In this document: one piece after another, positions 10,329 through 21,215 of the stretch
Position numbering within the stretch: position 1 is the first letter of the stretch
Layout of the letters: the number at the start of each line of letters is the position of its first letter
DNA from: an uncultured Dehalococcoidaceae bacterium
GTDB taxonomy: Bacteria > Chloroflexota > Dehalococcoidia > Dehalococcoidales > RBG-16-60-22
Length of the DNA: 62,371 bases
Assembly: GCA_964615345.1 (NCBI GenBank)
Contig: CAZTMR010000004.1
Location: forward strand, 16 to 62,386
Direction: 5' to 3'
The notes under the pieces: model-generated
Seen by the model: only the letters and a program-made list of their open reading frames with translations
Told to the model about the DNA's origin: nothing
Database searches by the model: none
Program-made: the position numbers and the translations under genes

Positions 10329-11258
10329 TCAGTCCAGCTTTCTTCCGGTCAGACGCTCGTAGGCCTCTTCGTATCTCCGGGAAGTAGCCTGGATTACCTC
10401 TTCCGGCAGCATGGGAGCGGGCGGCTCCTTGCCCCATCCCGCCTGGACCAGCCAGTCACGTACCGGCTGCTTGTCATAGCTGGGCTGAGACTGACCTACT
10501 TTGTACTGGGCGGCGTCCCAGAGACGTGAAGAGTCCGGCGTCAATAGCTCGTCAATCAGGATAAGCTCGTCTCCGTCCAGCCCGAACTCCATCTTGGTGT
10601 CGGCGATGATGATGCCCCGGTTCCTGGCGTATTCCCGGGCGTAGTTATAAACCGCCAGGCTCTTTTCCTTTATCGCCTCGCCGATAGCGTCGCCGGTTAA
10701 TTTTTTGACCTCGTCCATAGTAAGCGGCAGGTCGTGCCCGGTATCTGCCTTGGAAGTAGGGGTGAAAACTGGTTCAGACAGTTCCTGGCTTTCCTTCAGC
10801 CCCTTTGGCGCCGGAATTCCGGAGATGGTGCCGTCTTTCTGGTAGTCCGCCCAGGCGGAACCGGAAATATAACCGCGCACCACGCATTCCACCGGCAGGC
10901 GTTTTACTTTTTTCACTATCATGGAACGTCCGGCGAGATAAGACGGATAGGCAAAGCGCTTATCCTCGGCGATATAGGTGTCCAGACAGTGCACGTTATC
11001 GACTGCCTCGACGAGATGGTTCGGGACTATTTCCGCGGTGTGCCTGAACCAGAATACGGAAAGCTGGTTGAGCACCGCGCCTTTTCTGGGAATCCCGCAG
11101 GGAAGCACCACGTCATAGGCCGATATACGGTCGCTGGCGATGATGAGCAGGTGGTTCCCCAGGTCATAAGAATCACGTATTTTCCCTTTGATAAAGGGAG
11201 GGAGGGGCAGGTCAGTGTTGAGCAGAACGGTCGGGTCAGTGTTGGCGGTCAATATCAT
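10329..11258 (-). CDS. purC: SAICAR synthetase
   Basis: GKIRDSY, SDRISAYD, ADTKMEFG, LTPDSSR; AGGAGG RBS. Confidence 0.96.
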   Translation of the reverse strand: MILTANTDPTVLLNTDLPLPPFIKGKIRDSYDLGNHLLIIASDRISAYDVVLPCGIPRKGAVLNQLSVFWFRHTAEIVPNHLVEAVDNVHCLDTYIAEDKRFAYPSYLAGRSMIVKKVKRLPVECVVRGYISGSAWADYQKDGTISGIPAPKGLKESQELSEPVFTPTSKADTGHDLPLTMDEVKKLTGDAIGEAIKEKSLAVYNYAREYARNRGIIIADTKMEFGLDGDELILIDELLTPDSSRLWDAAQYKVGQSQPSYDKQPVRDWLVQAGWGKEPPAPMLPEEVIQATSRRYEEAYERLTGRKLD

Positions 11259-11281
11259 CCTCCTTGATTCAAATGGCAGGG

Positions 11282-12616
11282 CTAGAGGGTGCGCCCGGGC
11301 GTTCCGGATAATTTCCACTGGCTGGTGGTCAGCCCCAGTCTCCGGAATACTTCATCGACGTGGCGCAGGTAGTACTGTAAATCGAAGACTGCGTCAAGCT
11401 CATCCGGGGACAGGCTGGCGGTGACTTCCGGGTCTGCTTCCAGCATTTTGCGAAAATCTTTGTTGTTCTTCCAGGCCTGCATCGCGTTGCGTTGCACTAT
11501 CTGGTATGCCCCCTTACGGTTCAGCCCCTTGTCGATAAGGGCGAGCATGATACGCTGGGAGAAGAACAGACCTCTGGTCATCTCCAGATTCTTTTTCATG
11601 CGCCGCGGGTACACTTCCAGTCCTTTCATCACCGTGGTAAAGATACTCAGCGTGTAGTCCAGCACCAGGCAGGCGTCCGGTAGTATGATGCGTTCGGTAG
11701 AAGAATGGCTGATATCGCGTTCGTGCCAGAGGGCGATGTTCTCCATTGAAGTTACGGCATAACCCCTGACCAGTCTGGCCAGGCCGGTGATGCGCTCGCA
11801 CAGTTCCGGGTTGCGCTTGTGGGGCATTGCCGAAGAGCCGGTCTGGTTGCTGCCGAAAGGTTCTCCCACCTCTCCCACCTCGGTACGCTGCAGGCCCCTG
11901 ATTTCGGTGGCAAACTTCTCCAGAGACCCGGAGATTATCGCCAGGGTGGTGACGAATTGCGCGTGCCGGTCGCGCTGCAGCACCTGATTTGATATCGGCG
12001 CTGGCGCCAGTCCCAGTTTCCGGCAGGCCCGCTGTTCGATTTCGGGCGGTATCGTGGCGTAAGTACCTACCGCACCGGATATTTTCCCCACGGCGATGGC
12101 TTTATGCGCTTCCGTCAGCCGGTCCAGGTTGCGTCTCATTTCTTCCACCCATATTGCCAGCTTAAGACCGAAGGTAGTCGGCTCGGCGTGGATGCCGTGG
12201 GTGCGCCCTATCATCGGTGTATATTTGTGCTCTATCGCTTTCTGGGCCAGTACCGTAATCAGTTCCTTGATGTCCCGGGTTAAAATCCCGGCGGCTTCCA
12301 CCATCTGCAGGCTGAGTGCGGTGTCCATCACATCGGAAGAAGTCAACCCGAGATGAATGAAGCGGGATTCGTCTCCCAGGCTTTCCGCCACCGCGCCGAG
12401 AAAGGCGGTCATATCATGGTGAGTTTCCTGGAGAATCTCGTTCATGCGGTTTATATTGCATCTGGCCAGTTTAATCTTGGGGATGGCTCCTTTCGGGATA
12501 ACGCCTGACTCGGCCCAGGCATCACAGACGGCTATCTCCACTTCCAGCCATTTGTTGAATTTATTCTCCTCGGTCCAGATTCTCTTCATCGGCGGGCGGG
12601 AATAACGCTCTATCAT
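11282..12616 (-). CDS. purB: adenylosuccinate lyase
   Basis: GRTHGIHAEP, GSSAMPHKRNP. Confidence 0.97.
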   Translation of the reverse strand: MIERYSRPPMKRIWTEENKFNKWLEVEIAVCDAWAESGVIPKGAIPKIKLARCNINRMNEILQETHHDMTAFLGAVAESLGDESRFIHLGLTSSDVMDTALSLQMVEAAGILTRDIKELITVLAQKAIEHKYTPMIGRTHGIHAEPTTFGLKLAIWVEEMRRNLDRLTEAHKAIAVGKISGAVGTYATIPPEIEQRACRKLGLAPAPISNQVLQRDRHAQFVTTLAIISGSLEKFATEIRGLQRTEVGEVGEPFGSNQTGSSAMPHKRNPELCERITGLARLVRGYAVTSMENIALWHERDISHSSTERIILPDACLVLDYTLSIFTTVMKGLEVYPRRMKKNLEMTRGLFFSQRIMLALIDKGLNRKGAYQIVQRNAMQAWKNNKDFRKMLEADPEVTASLSPDELDAVFDLQYYLRHVDEVFRRLGLTTSQWKLSGTPGRTL

Positions 12617-13077
12617 CTGGGACCTCCCTGGAGGTCTTGCCGGTATTGCTCGTAGGCGGTGCGGATTTTATCATACTTTAGCCCCAGTATTTCTGCTGCC
12701 AGGTAAGCAGCGTTTTTAGCGCCAGCGCTGCCGATGGCGACACAGGCCACCGGTATGCCCCCCGGCATCTGAACGATGGAGTAAAGAGCATCTACGCCCT
12801 TTAGTTCCGTGCCCGCCAGTGGTATGCCGATGACCGGGAGCGTAGTCCAGCTGGCCAGAACCCCGGGCAGATGGGCGGCGGCTCCGGCGGCGGCGATGAT
12901 GACCTCTATGCCGCGTTCCCGGGCGCTCAGCCCGAACTGCCGCGCTTTTTCCGGTGTGCGGTGCGCCGAGATTGTTTCTATTTCGTGTTCAATTCCCAGT
13001 CCCGTCAGTATTTCAGAAGCTGGCTTCAGCGCCTCGGCATCGGACTTAGACCCCATCACAATGGCGACTAAAGGCAT
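12613..13077 (-). CDS. purE: N5-CAIR mutase
   Basis: MGSKSD, SAHRTP, AAHLPG, VQMPGG. Confidence 0.97.
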   Translation of the reverse strand: MPLVAIVMGSKSDAEALKPASEILTGLGIEHEIETISAHRTPEKARQFGLSARERGIEVIIAAAGAAAHLPGVLASWTTLPVIGIPLAGTELKGVDALYSIVQMPGGIPVACVAIGSAGAKNAAYLAAEILGLKYDKIRTAYEQYRQDLQGGPR

Positions 13078-13105
13078 TCTCCCTCCCTGAATGGTTTTTT
13101 CTTTC

Positions 13106-14377
13106 TTATTTTATTTCGGCAATATCCCGTCGGTAGTGGCAGTCTTCAAAGTGAATCAAGTCAACGTTGCGGTATACCTTCTGCCTTGCCTCTTCAATGC
13201 TTTTACCGGTGGTCGCCACTGTGAGCACCCGGCCGCCGCTGGTTACCACTTGGCCCGGTGTCTCTCCGAATTTTGTTCCGGCGTGAAATACCATAACACC
13301 TTTTTCCACTTTGTCCAGTCCGCTGATGGGAAACCCGGTCTTATAGCGTCCGGGGTACCCTCCGGAAGCCATCACCACTCCCACACAAGCCTCTTCGCTC
13401 CACTCTATGTTTACTTCATCCAGCCTATCTTCTACCACCGCCAGCATGATGTCCAGCAGGTCCGTTTTCAGCCTGGGCAGCACCACCTGTGTTTCCGGGT
13501 CGCCGAAGCGGGCATTAAATTCTAGCACTTTTGGGCCGGAACTGGTAATCATCAGGCCTCCGTAAAGGACACCCTTGTAAGGGCTGTTTTCTTCTGCCAG
13601 GGCCCTCACGGCGGGCACCATGATGCTCTCCCTGATTGTTTTACTTAAATCCGGGCTGCTGAAGTGCGGTGGGCTGTAGCTTCCCATCCCGCCGGTATTG
13701 GGTCCCTGGTCATCATCACAGGCCCGCTTGTAGTCACAGGCAGTCACCAGTGGGGCCACGGTACGGGCGTCAGTGAAAGCAAAGGCACTCATTTCACGCC
13801 CGGATAGGTGCTCCTCGATGATTACCCGTTCACCGGCGGCGCCAAGCCATTTGTGTTCCATAAAATTGGATAGCACTTCCTGCGCTTCTTCTGTTGAACT
13901 CGCCACCACTACCCCTTTGCCCGCTGCCAGCCCGTCCGCTTTTATCACCACCGGAGGTGTCTGTTTCTGAAGATAGCGGTGCGCCCGGACGAAATCGGAA
14001 AAACCGGCGCCTTTCGCGCCGGGGAGTCCGTTTCTTTGCATCAGTTCCCTGGCAAAAATTTTACTCGTTTCGATTCGTGCCGCCCCTTTGGTAGCGCCGA
14101 ATATGGGCAGGCCGTGGTTCTGGAACCGGTCTACGATGCCTACCGCCAGGGGTGCCTCCGGCCCCACTACCGTCAGGTCAATGCGGTTTGCTTGGACTAT
14201 CGCCAGCAAAGATTCGATATCCGTCGGGTCTATTTCCAGGTTGCGGGCAATCTTTCCCGTACCGGCATTTCCCGGCGCTGCGTAGACCTCTTTTACCCTG
14301 GGGCTCTGTGCCAGCTTCCAGACCAGGGCGTGCTCTCTACCCCCGCTGCCGATAACCAGTACCTTTATTTGCCTCAC
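13106..14377 (-). CDS. purD: phosphoribosylamine--glycine ligase
   Basis: GSGGREHA, KADGLAAGKGV, NTGGMG, RFGDPE. Confidence 0.97.
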   Translation of the reverse strand: MRQIKVLVIGSGGREHALVWKLAQSPRVKEVYAAPGNAGTGKIARNLEIDPTDIESLLAIVQANRIDLTVVGPEAPLAVGIVDRFQNHGLPIFGATKGAARIETSKIFARELMQRNGLPGAKGAGFSDFVRAHRYLQKQTPPVVIKADGLAAGKGVVVASSTEEAQEVLSNFMEHKWLGAAGERVIIEEHLSGREMSAFAFTDARTVAPLVTACDYKRACDDDQGPNTGGMGSYSPPHFSSPDLSKTIRESIMVPAVRALAEENSPYKGVLYGGLMITSSGPKVLEFNARFGDPETQVVLPRLKTDLLDIMLAVVEDRLDEVNIEWSEEACVGVVMASGGYPGRYKTGFPISGLDKVEKGVMVFHAGTKFGETPGQVVTSGGRVLTVATTGKSIEEARQKVYRNVDLIHFEDCHYRRDIAEIK

Positions 14378-14399
14378 CTCCTCCTTTTTCCGTACTGCA

Positions 14400-16085
14400 T
14401 CACTCCCACTCTATGGTAGAGGGAGGTTTGGAAGTAACGTCATAGACCACGCGGTTTACCTCAGGCACCTCGTTCACGATGCGATTGGATATTCTGGCCA
14501 GAACGTCATAGGGAAAGCGGAACCAGTCCGCGGTCATGGCATCATCACTGGTGACGGCGCGGATAGCCACCAGGTAGCCGTAGGTCCGGTAATCTCCCAT
14601 CACACCCACGCTTTTGACATCGGTAAGGATGGCGAAGCTCTGCCAGAGCTGCCGGTATAGCTTGGCCTTTTTTATCTCGTTCATCAGGATAAAATCGGCA
14701 TTGCGCAGTATTTCCAGTTTTTCCCTGGTTACTTCGCCGATGATGCGTATTGCCAGACCCGGACCCGGAAACGGCTGCCGCCATATCATCTCTTCCGGCA
14801 GGCCGAGAGCCAGTCCTACCTGCCTGACTTCATCTTTGAATAGATAGCGCAGTGGTTCCAGCAGACTCAGCGTCATTTTCGCCGGCAGTCCGCCTACGTT
14901 ATGGTGGGTTTTTATCTTGGCGGAAGCGGTGCTGACCGAAGAAGTACTCTCAATGACGTCAGGATAGAGGGTGCCCTGTGCCAGAAAGTTGACTTTCCCC
15001 GCCTGCTGGGCGGCTTCTTCAAACACCTTGATGAACTCTCTCCCGATAACTTTCCGTTTCTGCTCCGGGTCGGTTACCCCTTTGAGACGCTGTAAAAACC
15101 GGTCACTGGCTTCGGCCAGAATGATGTTCATCCCCATGTTCAGCCGGAAAGTGTTGAAGGTTCTTTCCACTTCCTCCCGGCGCAACAGGCCATTGTCCAC
15201 GAAAATGCAGGTAAGCTGGTCTCCGATGGCGCGGTGGATAAGCGTGGCGACAATCGAGGAATCGACTCCTCCCGAAAGGGCGCAAATTACCTTGCCCCCG
15301 TTTACCTGGGTCTTGATTTTGGCCAGGCTATCATTCACGAAGTTACCCGTAGTCCAGTTTCCCTGGCAGCCGCATATATTGTAGATGAAGTTTTTCAGTA
15401 TCGTTTTCCCTTCGGGAGTGTGGGCTACTTCAGGGTGAAACTGGAGACCATAGACGCCTTTCCCGTTACCCATTACGGCTATTGGGGAGTTTTCCGTGTA
15501 CGCCAGGGCGGAAAACTCGGGCGGCATAGATTCAATCCGGTCGCCGTGACTCATCCAGACCGGGGTTGCCGGGGGCAAATCAGCAAAGAGTGGTGAATCC
15601 AGATCACTCAGGTGCAAAATGGCGTGACCGTACTCGCGCTTTGTTCCCGGAGCCACTTCCCCGCCGAGCTGTCTGGTGATGGCCTGCATGCCATAGCAGA
15701 TACCCAGGACTGGCAAGTGGCTTTCGTAAACGTAAGCCGGCGCGAGCGGTGCGTTTTTATCATAAACGCTGAACGGACCGCCGGAAAGGACAAACCCTTT
15801 CGGGTTCAGGGCGGCCACTTTTTTCCAGGGGGTGTCATGGGCCACCAGTTCGCAGTAGACGTTGCATTCGCGGATGCGGCGCGCTATAAGCAGGCTGTAC
15901 TGAGAACCGAAATCAATGACGACGATTGCTTCCTGCCGGACTCCGGAGACGGCCTCTTCCGTGGCGGCCGGCTGCTCCCCTGAAATTTCCTTGGCTATTT
16001 CCAGGTAAGTGGAAACTTCAATATCCCCTGAAGTAGCTACCCGCACGCTCTTCCAGGGAAGCTTATTGAAAATGCGTTTTGCCAT
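14400..16085 (-). CDS. guaA: GMP synthase (glutamine-hydrolysing) with N-terminal extension; start uncertain
   Basis: [41 protein letters not shown]. Confidence 0.96.
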   Translation of the reverse strand: MAKRIFNKLPWKSVRVATSGDIEVSTYLEIAKEISGEQPAATEEAVSGVRQEAIVVIDFGSQYSLLIARRIRECNVYCELVAHDTPWKKVAALNPKGFVLSGGPFSVYDKNAPLAPAYVYESHLPVLGICYGMQAITRQLGGEVAPGTKREYGHAILHLSDLDSPLFADLPPATPVWMSHGDRIESMPPEFSALAYTENSPIAVMGNGKGVYGLQFHPEVAHTPEGKTILKNFIYNICGCQGNWTTGNFVNDSLAKIKTQVNGGKVICALSGGVDSSIVATLIHRAIGDQLTCIFVDNGLLRREEVERTFNTFRLNMGMNIILAEASDRFLQRLKGVTDPEQKRKVIGREFIKVFEEAAQQAGKVNFLAQGTLYPDVIESTSSVSTASAKIKTHHNVGGLPAKMTLSLLEPLRYLFKDEVRQVGLALGLPEEMIWRQPFPGPGLAIRIIGEVTREKLEILRNADFILMNEIKKAKLYRQLWQSFAILTDVKSVGVMGDYRTYGYLVAIRAVTSDDAMTADWFRFPYDVLARISNRIVNEVPEVNRVVYDVTSKPPSTIEWE

Positions 16086-16174
16086 GCTTTATTGAACCTA
16101 ATTTACCACTATTTTCAGCGCTATGTAAAGGCTTACCGTCACGGTCCAATAAAGCTTTTTGAGGTCCCGGACGT

Positions 16175-17206
16175 TTACTTTGCCTGATACCCTTCTTCGG
16201 CCGCGGTAACAATCGCTTTCAGGTTATCAATCGGAGTTTGCAGCGGAATGGCGCACTCCGGGGCCAGAATGTCCACCCCGGCCTCAATGCCGTAGCGGGC
16301 TTGCCGGTAAACGTCTTCCGGCGTACCGCGGAGAAGGCACTGGGCGTTGTTGATATTGCCCACCAGGGAAATCCGGCCGTTGACTGTTTTCACGGCTTCT
16401 CTGGAGTCTACCGACCATTCGAAGTGGTAGCCGTCATAGGCTTCTTCGGCAAAGATATTCAGCCGGTCGGCGCAGTTACCGCAGACGTGCAGAATGGTGG
16501 GCCCGCCGATTCGCCCCAGCATCTCGTGGTGGACCGGGACCAGAAACTCCTGGTAGGTTTGCGGGCTGACCAGATCTCCCGTGGCGTGGTCCGGCAGTAC
16601 CACCGCGTCGGCTCCCGCCTGGAGCTGCGCGTTGGCGAAAGTGATGGTCACTTCTTTGTAGGCATCCAGCAGCTGCCTTACTGTCTCCGGGTCCGTATAG
16701 AGCATCAGGAGAAAGTCCTGCACGCCCACCATGTGATAGCTGATGGTCCAGGGCCCCATTACTTTACCCAGAATGGCGGCCCGGTCTCCGTATTCTTTCC
16801 GCAGTATCGATATCGCTTCGAGGACAACCTTCATCGATGGTTTTTCCAGGATGTTTTCCGGGATGATTACGTCCTTCATGGTCCTGACCGGGTGTGTCTT
16901 GGCGTCCGGCATCATCCCGGGATTCCCCCAGTCTATCTCACAGCCCAGGGCCGCCGCTTCTTGCTGGACGCTGAACTGGGGGTTTATGGTGTCAAAACCC
17001 AGTATCTCATAACCTCCCGCCGCCAGTTCCGCCATCGGTTCCGCCTCCAGATGGGCCTCCGGGAAATAAATACCCAGTTTTTCCATCAGCTCTACCGAGA
17101 TAACCGAGGTGGGACTGGCTACGGAGATGCGTTTGCCTTTCCGGCCTCCCAGTAACCCGGAAAGAAAGCGGCGGCGTGGAGACAGGTCCGGTTTTCCCTG
17201 GCTCAT
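16175..17206 (-). CDS. MtaA/CmuA-family (URO-D fold) Zn-dependent methylcobamide methyltransferase
   Basis: GPWT, HVCG Zn motif, GNIN, APECAIP; next to a corrinoid protein gene; start 17206 or 17221. Confidence 0.85.
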   Translation of the reverse strand: MSQGKPDLSPRRRFLSGLLGGRKGKRISVASPTSVISVELMEKLGIYFPEAHLEAEPMAELAAGGYEILGFDTINPQFSVQQEAAALGCEIDWGNPGMMPDAKTHPVRTMKDVIIPENILEKPSMKVVLEAISILRKEYGDRAAILGKVMGPWTISYHMVGVQDFLLMLYTDPETVRQLLDAYKEVTITFANAQLQAGADAVVLPDHATGDLVSPQTYQEFLVPVHHEMLGRIGGPTILHVCGNCADRLNIFAEEAYDGYHFEWSVDSREAVKTVNGRISLVGNINNAQCLLRGTPEDVYRQARYGIEAGVDILAPECAIPLQTPIDNLKAIVTAAEEGYQAK

Positions 17207-17222
17207 CGGTGCACTCTCCATA

Positions 17223-17867
17223 TCATTTATTTTCTTTATCCAGTAGCTTGAGGGCGATTTCCACGCCGGCGATGGCATCTTCCCCGTAGCCGTCGGCCCC
17301 GATTTCATCGGCAAACTCCGGAGTGACCGGCGCTCCGCCCACGATAAGTTTGGGCACCTTGCCGCCCGAGTTATCCCGTATCCGGGTGATGATGTCTTTC
17401 ATTTCCAGCATGGTCGTCGTCAGCAGGGCGGATAGCCCCAGCACATCCGGTTGATGTTTCTCGATTGCTTGCAGGAATCCGTCCGTGGGCACATTTACGC
17501 CCAGATCGATGACCTGGAAACCGGAACCTTCCATCAGCACGGATACGATGTTTTTGCCGATATCGTGAATGTCACCCTGGACCGTCCCGATAACCAGCGT
17601 CCCTCTGGAGGAGGCCTGTCCTTCGAGTAAGACTGGTTTCAGGACGGCGACACCGCTGTGCATATTCCGGGCAGCCAGCAGCACGTCCGGCACCCACACT
17701 TCCTTGGCTTTGAACTGCCGGCCGACGATGGACATGGCGCCGATGAGTCCCTCGTTCAGTATCTCCTCTGCGGGAACCCCCTGTGAGAGGTAGTCATTGA
17801 CCAGGGTATCGACTACCGCTGTGTCCAGGTCCTGCAGAGCTTTATGCACCGCATTAACATCAATCAT
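17223..17867 (-). CDS. corrinoid (B12-binding) methyl-carrier protein
   Basis: GDIHDIGKN (DxHxxG), SALLTTT, VGGAP, IGADGY. Confidence 0.93.
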   Translation of the reverse strand: MIDVNAVHKALQDLDTAVVDTLVNDYLSQGVPAEEILNEGLIGAMSIVGRQFKAKEVWVPDVLLAARNMHSGVAVLKPVLLEGQASSRGTLVIGTVQGDIHDIGKNIVSVLMEGSGFQVIDLGVNVPTDGFLQAIEKHQPDVLGLSALLTTTMLEMKDIITRIRDNSGGKVPKLIVGGAPVTPEFADEIGADGYGEDAIAGVEIALKLLDKENK

Positions 17868-18029
17868 AAAATGTGCTTCCTCCGTATCCTTGGCTGACGG
17901 TTGCTGGTAGCCTTTTTTTGCCTGCCGTTCCGGCGGATAAATCCTAACTTATGTTATAATCTGGGAGAAAATTACGCAAGTGGTGGCATTTGGTTAAATG
18001 CGAAAGCGAGAACAAGGAAGGAGAACGGT

Positions 18030-19088
18030 ATGAGCGAGTCAGTGAACCGGTTGAAGGTGGTTATGCCGCTGGCTGCCAGCGGAGAATCGGGCAAATATCC
18101 GGAGAAGTTCCGGGAGCTGGGCGTGGATTTTGAAGCTCGACTTTGCGCTGACGACGATGCATTTATCGCCCTGGCGGCTGACGCGGACATAATTATCACC
18201 GTGGGCAGCATCCGGCCGGTGCCCCGTAAAATAATCGATAACCTTCGGAAGTGCCGCCTCATCTGCAATACGCAAATCGGCTATGATAGTATCGATACCG
18301 CTGCGGCGGCTGAGAAAGGCATCCTGGTAACCAACGTGCCCGATTACTGTACGGAAGAAGTATCCGACCATGCCATGGCTTTGGTTCTGGCCTGCGTTCG
18401 CAAGGTCGTGCAGCTGAATGACGCTGCCAAAAGAGGCGAATGGGGCCTTTCCGCCAGAGGGGAGAAGATCCAGCAGAATATCTGGCCCCGGATGTCCCGT
18501 ATGCAGGGGCAGACTCTCGGCCTGCTGGGGTTGGGGAGGGTCTCCCGGGCAATTGTGCCGAAAGCGAAAGGGTTTCAGCTCCGGGTTATTGCCTGTGACC
18601 CGTACGTAACGCCGGAAACGGCGCAGCAACTGGGTGTGGAGCTGGTGGACTGGCAAACCCTGCTACGCCAGTCTGATTTTCTTACCGTCCACGCCGCATT
18701 GACTCCGGAGACCCGGCATATCCTGAACGCGGAAGCATTTCAGGAGATGAAACCAACCGCTTTCTTGATTAACGCCGCCCGTGGGGGGCTGATTGACGAA
18801 ACGGCTCTGTACCGGGCGCTGAAGGGCGGCGAACTGGCGATGGCCGCACTCGACGTTGCTGACCCGGAACCACCGGACCCGGGGAACCCGTTACTGGGGA
18901 TGGAGAACGTGATCTTCACCGCACATTCCGCCTTCTTTTCACCCGATTCAGAAGCGGAACGCTGGCACCGCCCGGTCCTGGAAGTGGCCCGTCTCCTGAG
19001 AGGTGAATGGCCGAAAGCGGTGGTCAACCCGGGGGCCAGGGAGCGCTACGTAGCTCGCTGGGGGGAGATGAAAGAACCCGTCCGGTGA
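18030..19088 (+). CDS. D-2-hydroxyacid dehydrogenase (CtBP-like)
   Basis: NVPDYCTEEVSDHA, GLGRVS, INAARG, EP, TAHSAF. Confidence 0.9.
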   Translation: MSESVNRLKVVMPLAASGESGKYPEKFRELGVDFEARLCADDDAFIALAADADIIITVGSIRPVPRKIIDNLRKCRLICNTQIGYDSIDTAAAAEKGILVTNVPDYCTEEVSDHAMALVLACVRKVVQLNDAAKRGEWGLSARGEKIQQNIWPRMSRMQGQTLGLLGLGRVSRAIVPKAKGFQLRVIACDPYVTPETAQQLGVELVDWQTLLRQSDFLTVHAALTPETRHILNAEAFQEMKPTAFLINAARGGLIDETALYRALKGGELAMAALDVADPEPPDPGNPLLGMENVIFTAHSAFFSPDSEAERWHRPVLEVARLLRGEWPKAVVNPGARERYVARWGEMKEPVR

Positions 19089-19117
19089 CGGGTTAGCCGG
19101 CCGGGAACGGTAATGCT

Positions 19118-19990
19118 ATGCGAGCCTACCTGACATTGCTGGTCGGCATCATCGCCGTTTCTTTCGCTGCTATTTTTATCCGCCTGGCGGACGCGCCCCC
19201 ACTGGTTATCGCTACTTATCGGCTGACCATTGCCTCTCTCATACTGATTCCTTTTGCTTCGGTAAAATCGAAGGTAAGCCTGCGCTCTCTGCCCGGTAAA
19301 ACATGGCTGTGGATATCTCTGTCCGCTGTCTTTGTGGCGCTGCACTTCGGCCTGTGGATAACTTCTCTCAGTTACACCTCTATCGCCAGCTCGGTCATTC
19401 TGGTAACGTCCCATCCGGTGTTTGTGGCCGTCATCTCCTATTTTCTGTGGAAGGAGAGGCTGGGCAGGGTGACCATTGTTGGAATCGTTGTTACCATGCT
19501 GGGGGTCTTCGCTATCAATTACGGCGGTTACACCTTTGGCCCGGAGTCTTTTCGCGGGGATATCCTCGCCCTGCTGGCCGCTTTCGTTATGGGAGGCTAT
19601 TTGCTCATCGGCCGGCAGGTGAGGGAACGGCTCCCGGTGCTGCCGTACCTGACACTGGTTTATGCCGGAGCGGCCGTCTTGCTTTTGCTGTTTACACTGG
19701 TGGCCGGATACAGCCTGACCGGATATTCCCGGGAGACTTACATAATGATGACCCTGCTGGCGGTGGTGCCGCAGCTTATCGGGCATTCCAGCCTCAATAT
19801 AGCGGTGCGGTTGCTGCCGGTAACCCTGGTATCGGTTTCCATTCTGGGCGAGCCGGTGGGCGCTTCTCTGCTGGGGTACCTGCTGCTGGACGAAACTCCG
19901 GCCGGAGCTGAAATAATCAGCGGCCTGCTGATACTTGCCGGTATTTTCATCGTCCTGCGGCGGAGACCGGAACAGTGGCTGGAGAAGTGA
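19118..19990 (+). CDS. DMT/EamA family transporter
   Basis: About 10 TM segments, HFGLW, GEPVGA. Confidence 0.9.
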   Translation: MRAYLTLLVGIIAVSFAAIFIRLADAPPLVIATYRLTIASLILIPFASVKSKVSLRSLPGKTWLWISLSAVFVALHFGLWITSLSYTSIASSVILVTSHPVFVAVISYFLWKERLGRVTIVGIVVTMLGVFAINYGGYTFGPESFRGDILALLAAFVMGGYLLIGRQVRERLPVLPYLTLVYAGAAVLLLLFTLVAGYSLTGYSRETYIMMTLLAVVPQLIGHSSLNIAVRLLPVTLVSVSILGEPVGASLLGYLLLDETPAGAEIISGLLILAGIFIVLRRRPEQWLEK

Positions 19991-20020
19991 GTATCCGGTG
20001 TGTGTTATACTGGCACAGAG

Positions 20021-20494
20021 ATGGTTAAACGCGTTTTCCGGAGCGGCAGCCCGGAAGAAACTTTTCGCTGTGGAGAACGTCTCGGGAAAAGGCTGGAGGC
20101 GGACAGCGTTATTGCTCTAATCGGGGAACTTGGTTGCGGAAAGACGCTTTTTACCCGGGGTATCTGTCAGGGCGCCGGAGTGGAGGAAAAGTACGTCAAC
20201 AGCCCGACCTTTGCTTTTATCAACGAATATACGGGGAAACTGCCTGTTTTTCACATGGACCTGTACCGGCTGAATTCCACCGATGAGCTTTTTGAGCTGG
20301 GTATCCTTGACTACCTTCTCCAGGCCAAAACTGGAATTATGATTGTGGAATGGGCGGAAAAAATCATAGATGTACTGCCGGGAGAGTATCTGGAAGTCCG
20401 GTTCCAGGTCCTCTCTGATAAGCAGCGCCGGCTGGAGTTTACCAGCGCCGGAGGCAGTTATGACCGGTGCTTTGAGGTAACAAAAGGACGATGA
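20021..20494 (+). CDS. tsaE: t6A biosynthesis ATPase
   Basis: GELGCGKT, SPTF, HMDLYR, VEWA. Confidence 0.95.
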   Translation: MVKRVFRSGSPEETFRCGERLGKRLEADSVIALIGELGCGKTLFTRGICQGAGVEEKYVNSPTFAFINEYTGKLPVFHMDLYRLNSTDELFELGILDYLLQAKTGIMIVEWAEKIIDVLPGEYLEVRFQVLSDKQRRLEFTSAGGSYDRCFEVTKGR

Positions 20495-21213
20495 AGGTCC
20501 TGGGTATTGACACGTCCGGTTACGCTAACGCCGTGGCTGTGATAGATGGGAAGCGCGTCCTGGCGGAAGGAGCGTTCGCCGCCAGGACTGATTCTCTGGG
20601 GAAAATAGTTGCCAATGTAGATTCCATTCTGAAAAAAGCCGGTCTTGACTTGAAGGATGCAGAAGGGTTCGGCATCGGACTGGGGCCTGGCTCCTGGACC
20701 GGGATAAGAATAGGCGTTACCGTGGGCAAGATACTGGCAATGAGTACCGGAAAACCGCTGGCGGGCGTAAACACTCTGGAGGCGCTGGCTTTTGGTGGCG
20801 CCGGTAACGCCGCGCAGGTCTGCCCTATCATCAGCGTGGGCACCCCGGGTACGGTCTACGCGGCTCTCTACCACAACCAGGGCGATAATATTGCCCGGGT
20901 AAGTGATTATTACGTTGGTGACGTTCACTTTCTGGCCGGATTAATCAAGGTCCCCACCGTTTTTGTTAGCGCTGACTGGCAACCTTATCAGGATATTATC
21001 CTCGGGACGCTGGCTTCTCCGGAACTGGCCGTGGCTATGGTGACCGCAGCGCCTGACGGAGCGGTAATCGCTTCGCTGGCGACAGATCGCCTGAAGCGCG
21101 GCGATGCTGATGACCCGCTATCGCTGACACCGCTATACTTGAAAGAGTCCACTGCCCGTGCTTTCGTGAGACCATATGATGGAAAAAGGTTGACCGGAGG
21201 TGCCGGTAAATAA
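20491..21213 (+). CDS. tsaB: t6A biosynthesis protein TsaB
   Basis: LGIDTS, GPGSWTGIRIG, PLY. Confidence 0.92.
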   Translation: MKVLGIDTSGYANAVAVIDGKRVLAEGAFAARTDSLGKIVANVDSILKKAGLDLKDAEGFGIGLGPGSWTGIRIGVTVGKILAMSTGKPLAGVNTLEALAFGGAGNAAQVCPIISVGTPGTVYAALYHNQGDNIARVSDYYVGDVHFLAGLIKVPTVFVSADWQPYQDIILGTLASPELAVAMVTAAPDGAVIASLATDRLKRGDADDPLSLTPLYLKESTARAFVRPYDGKRLTGGAGK

Positions 21214-21215
21214 CT

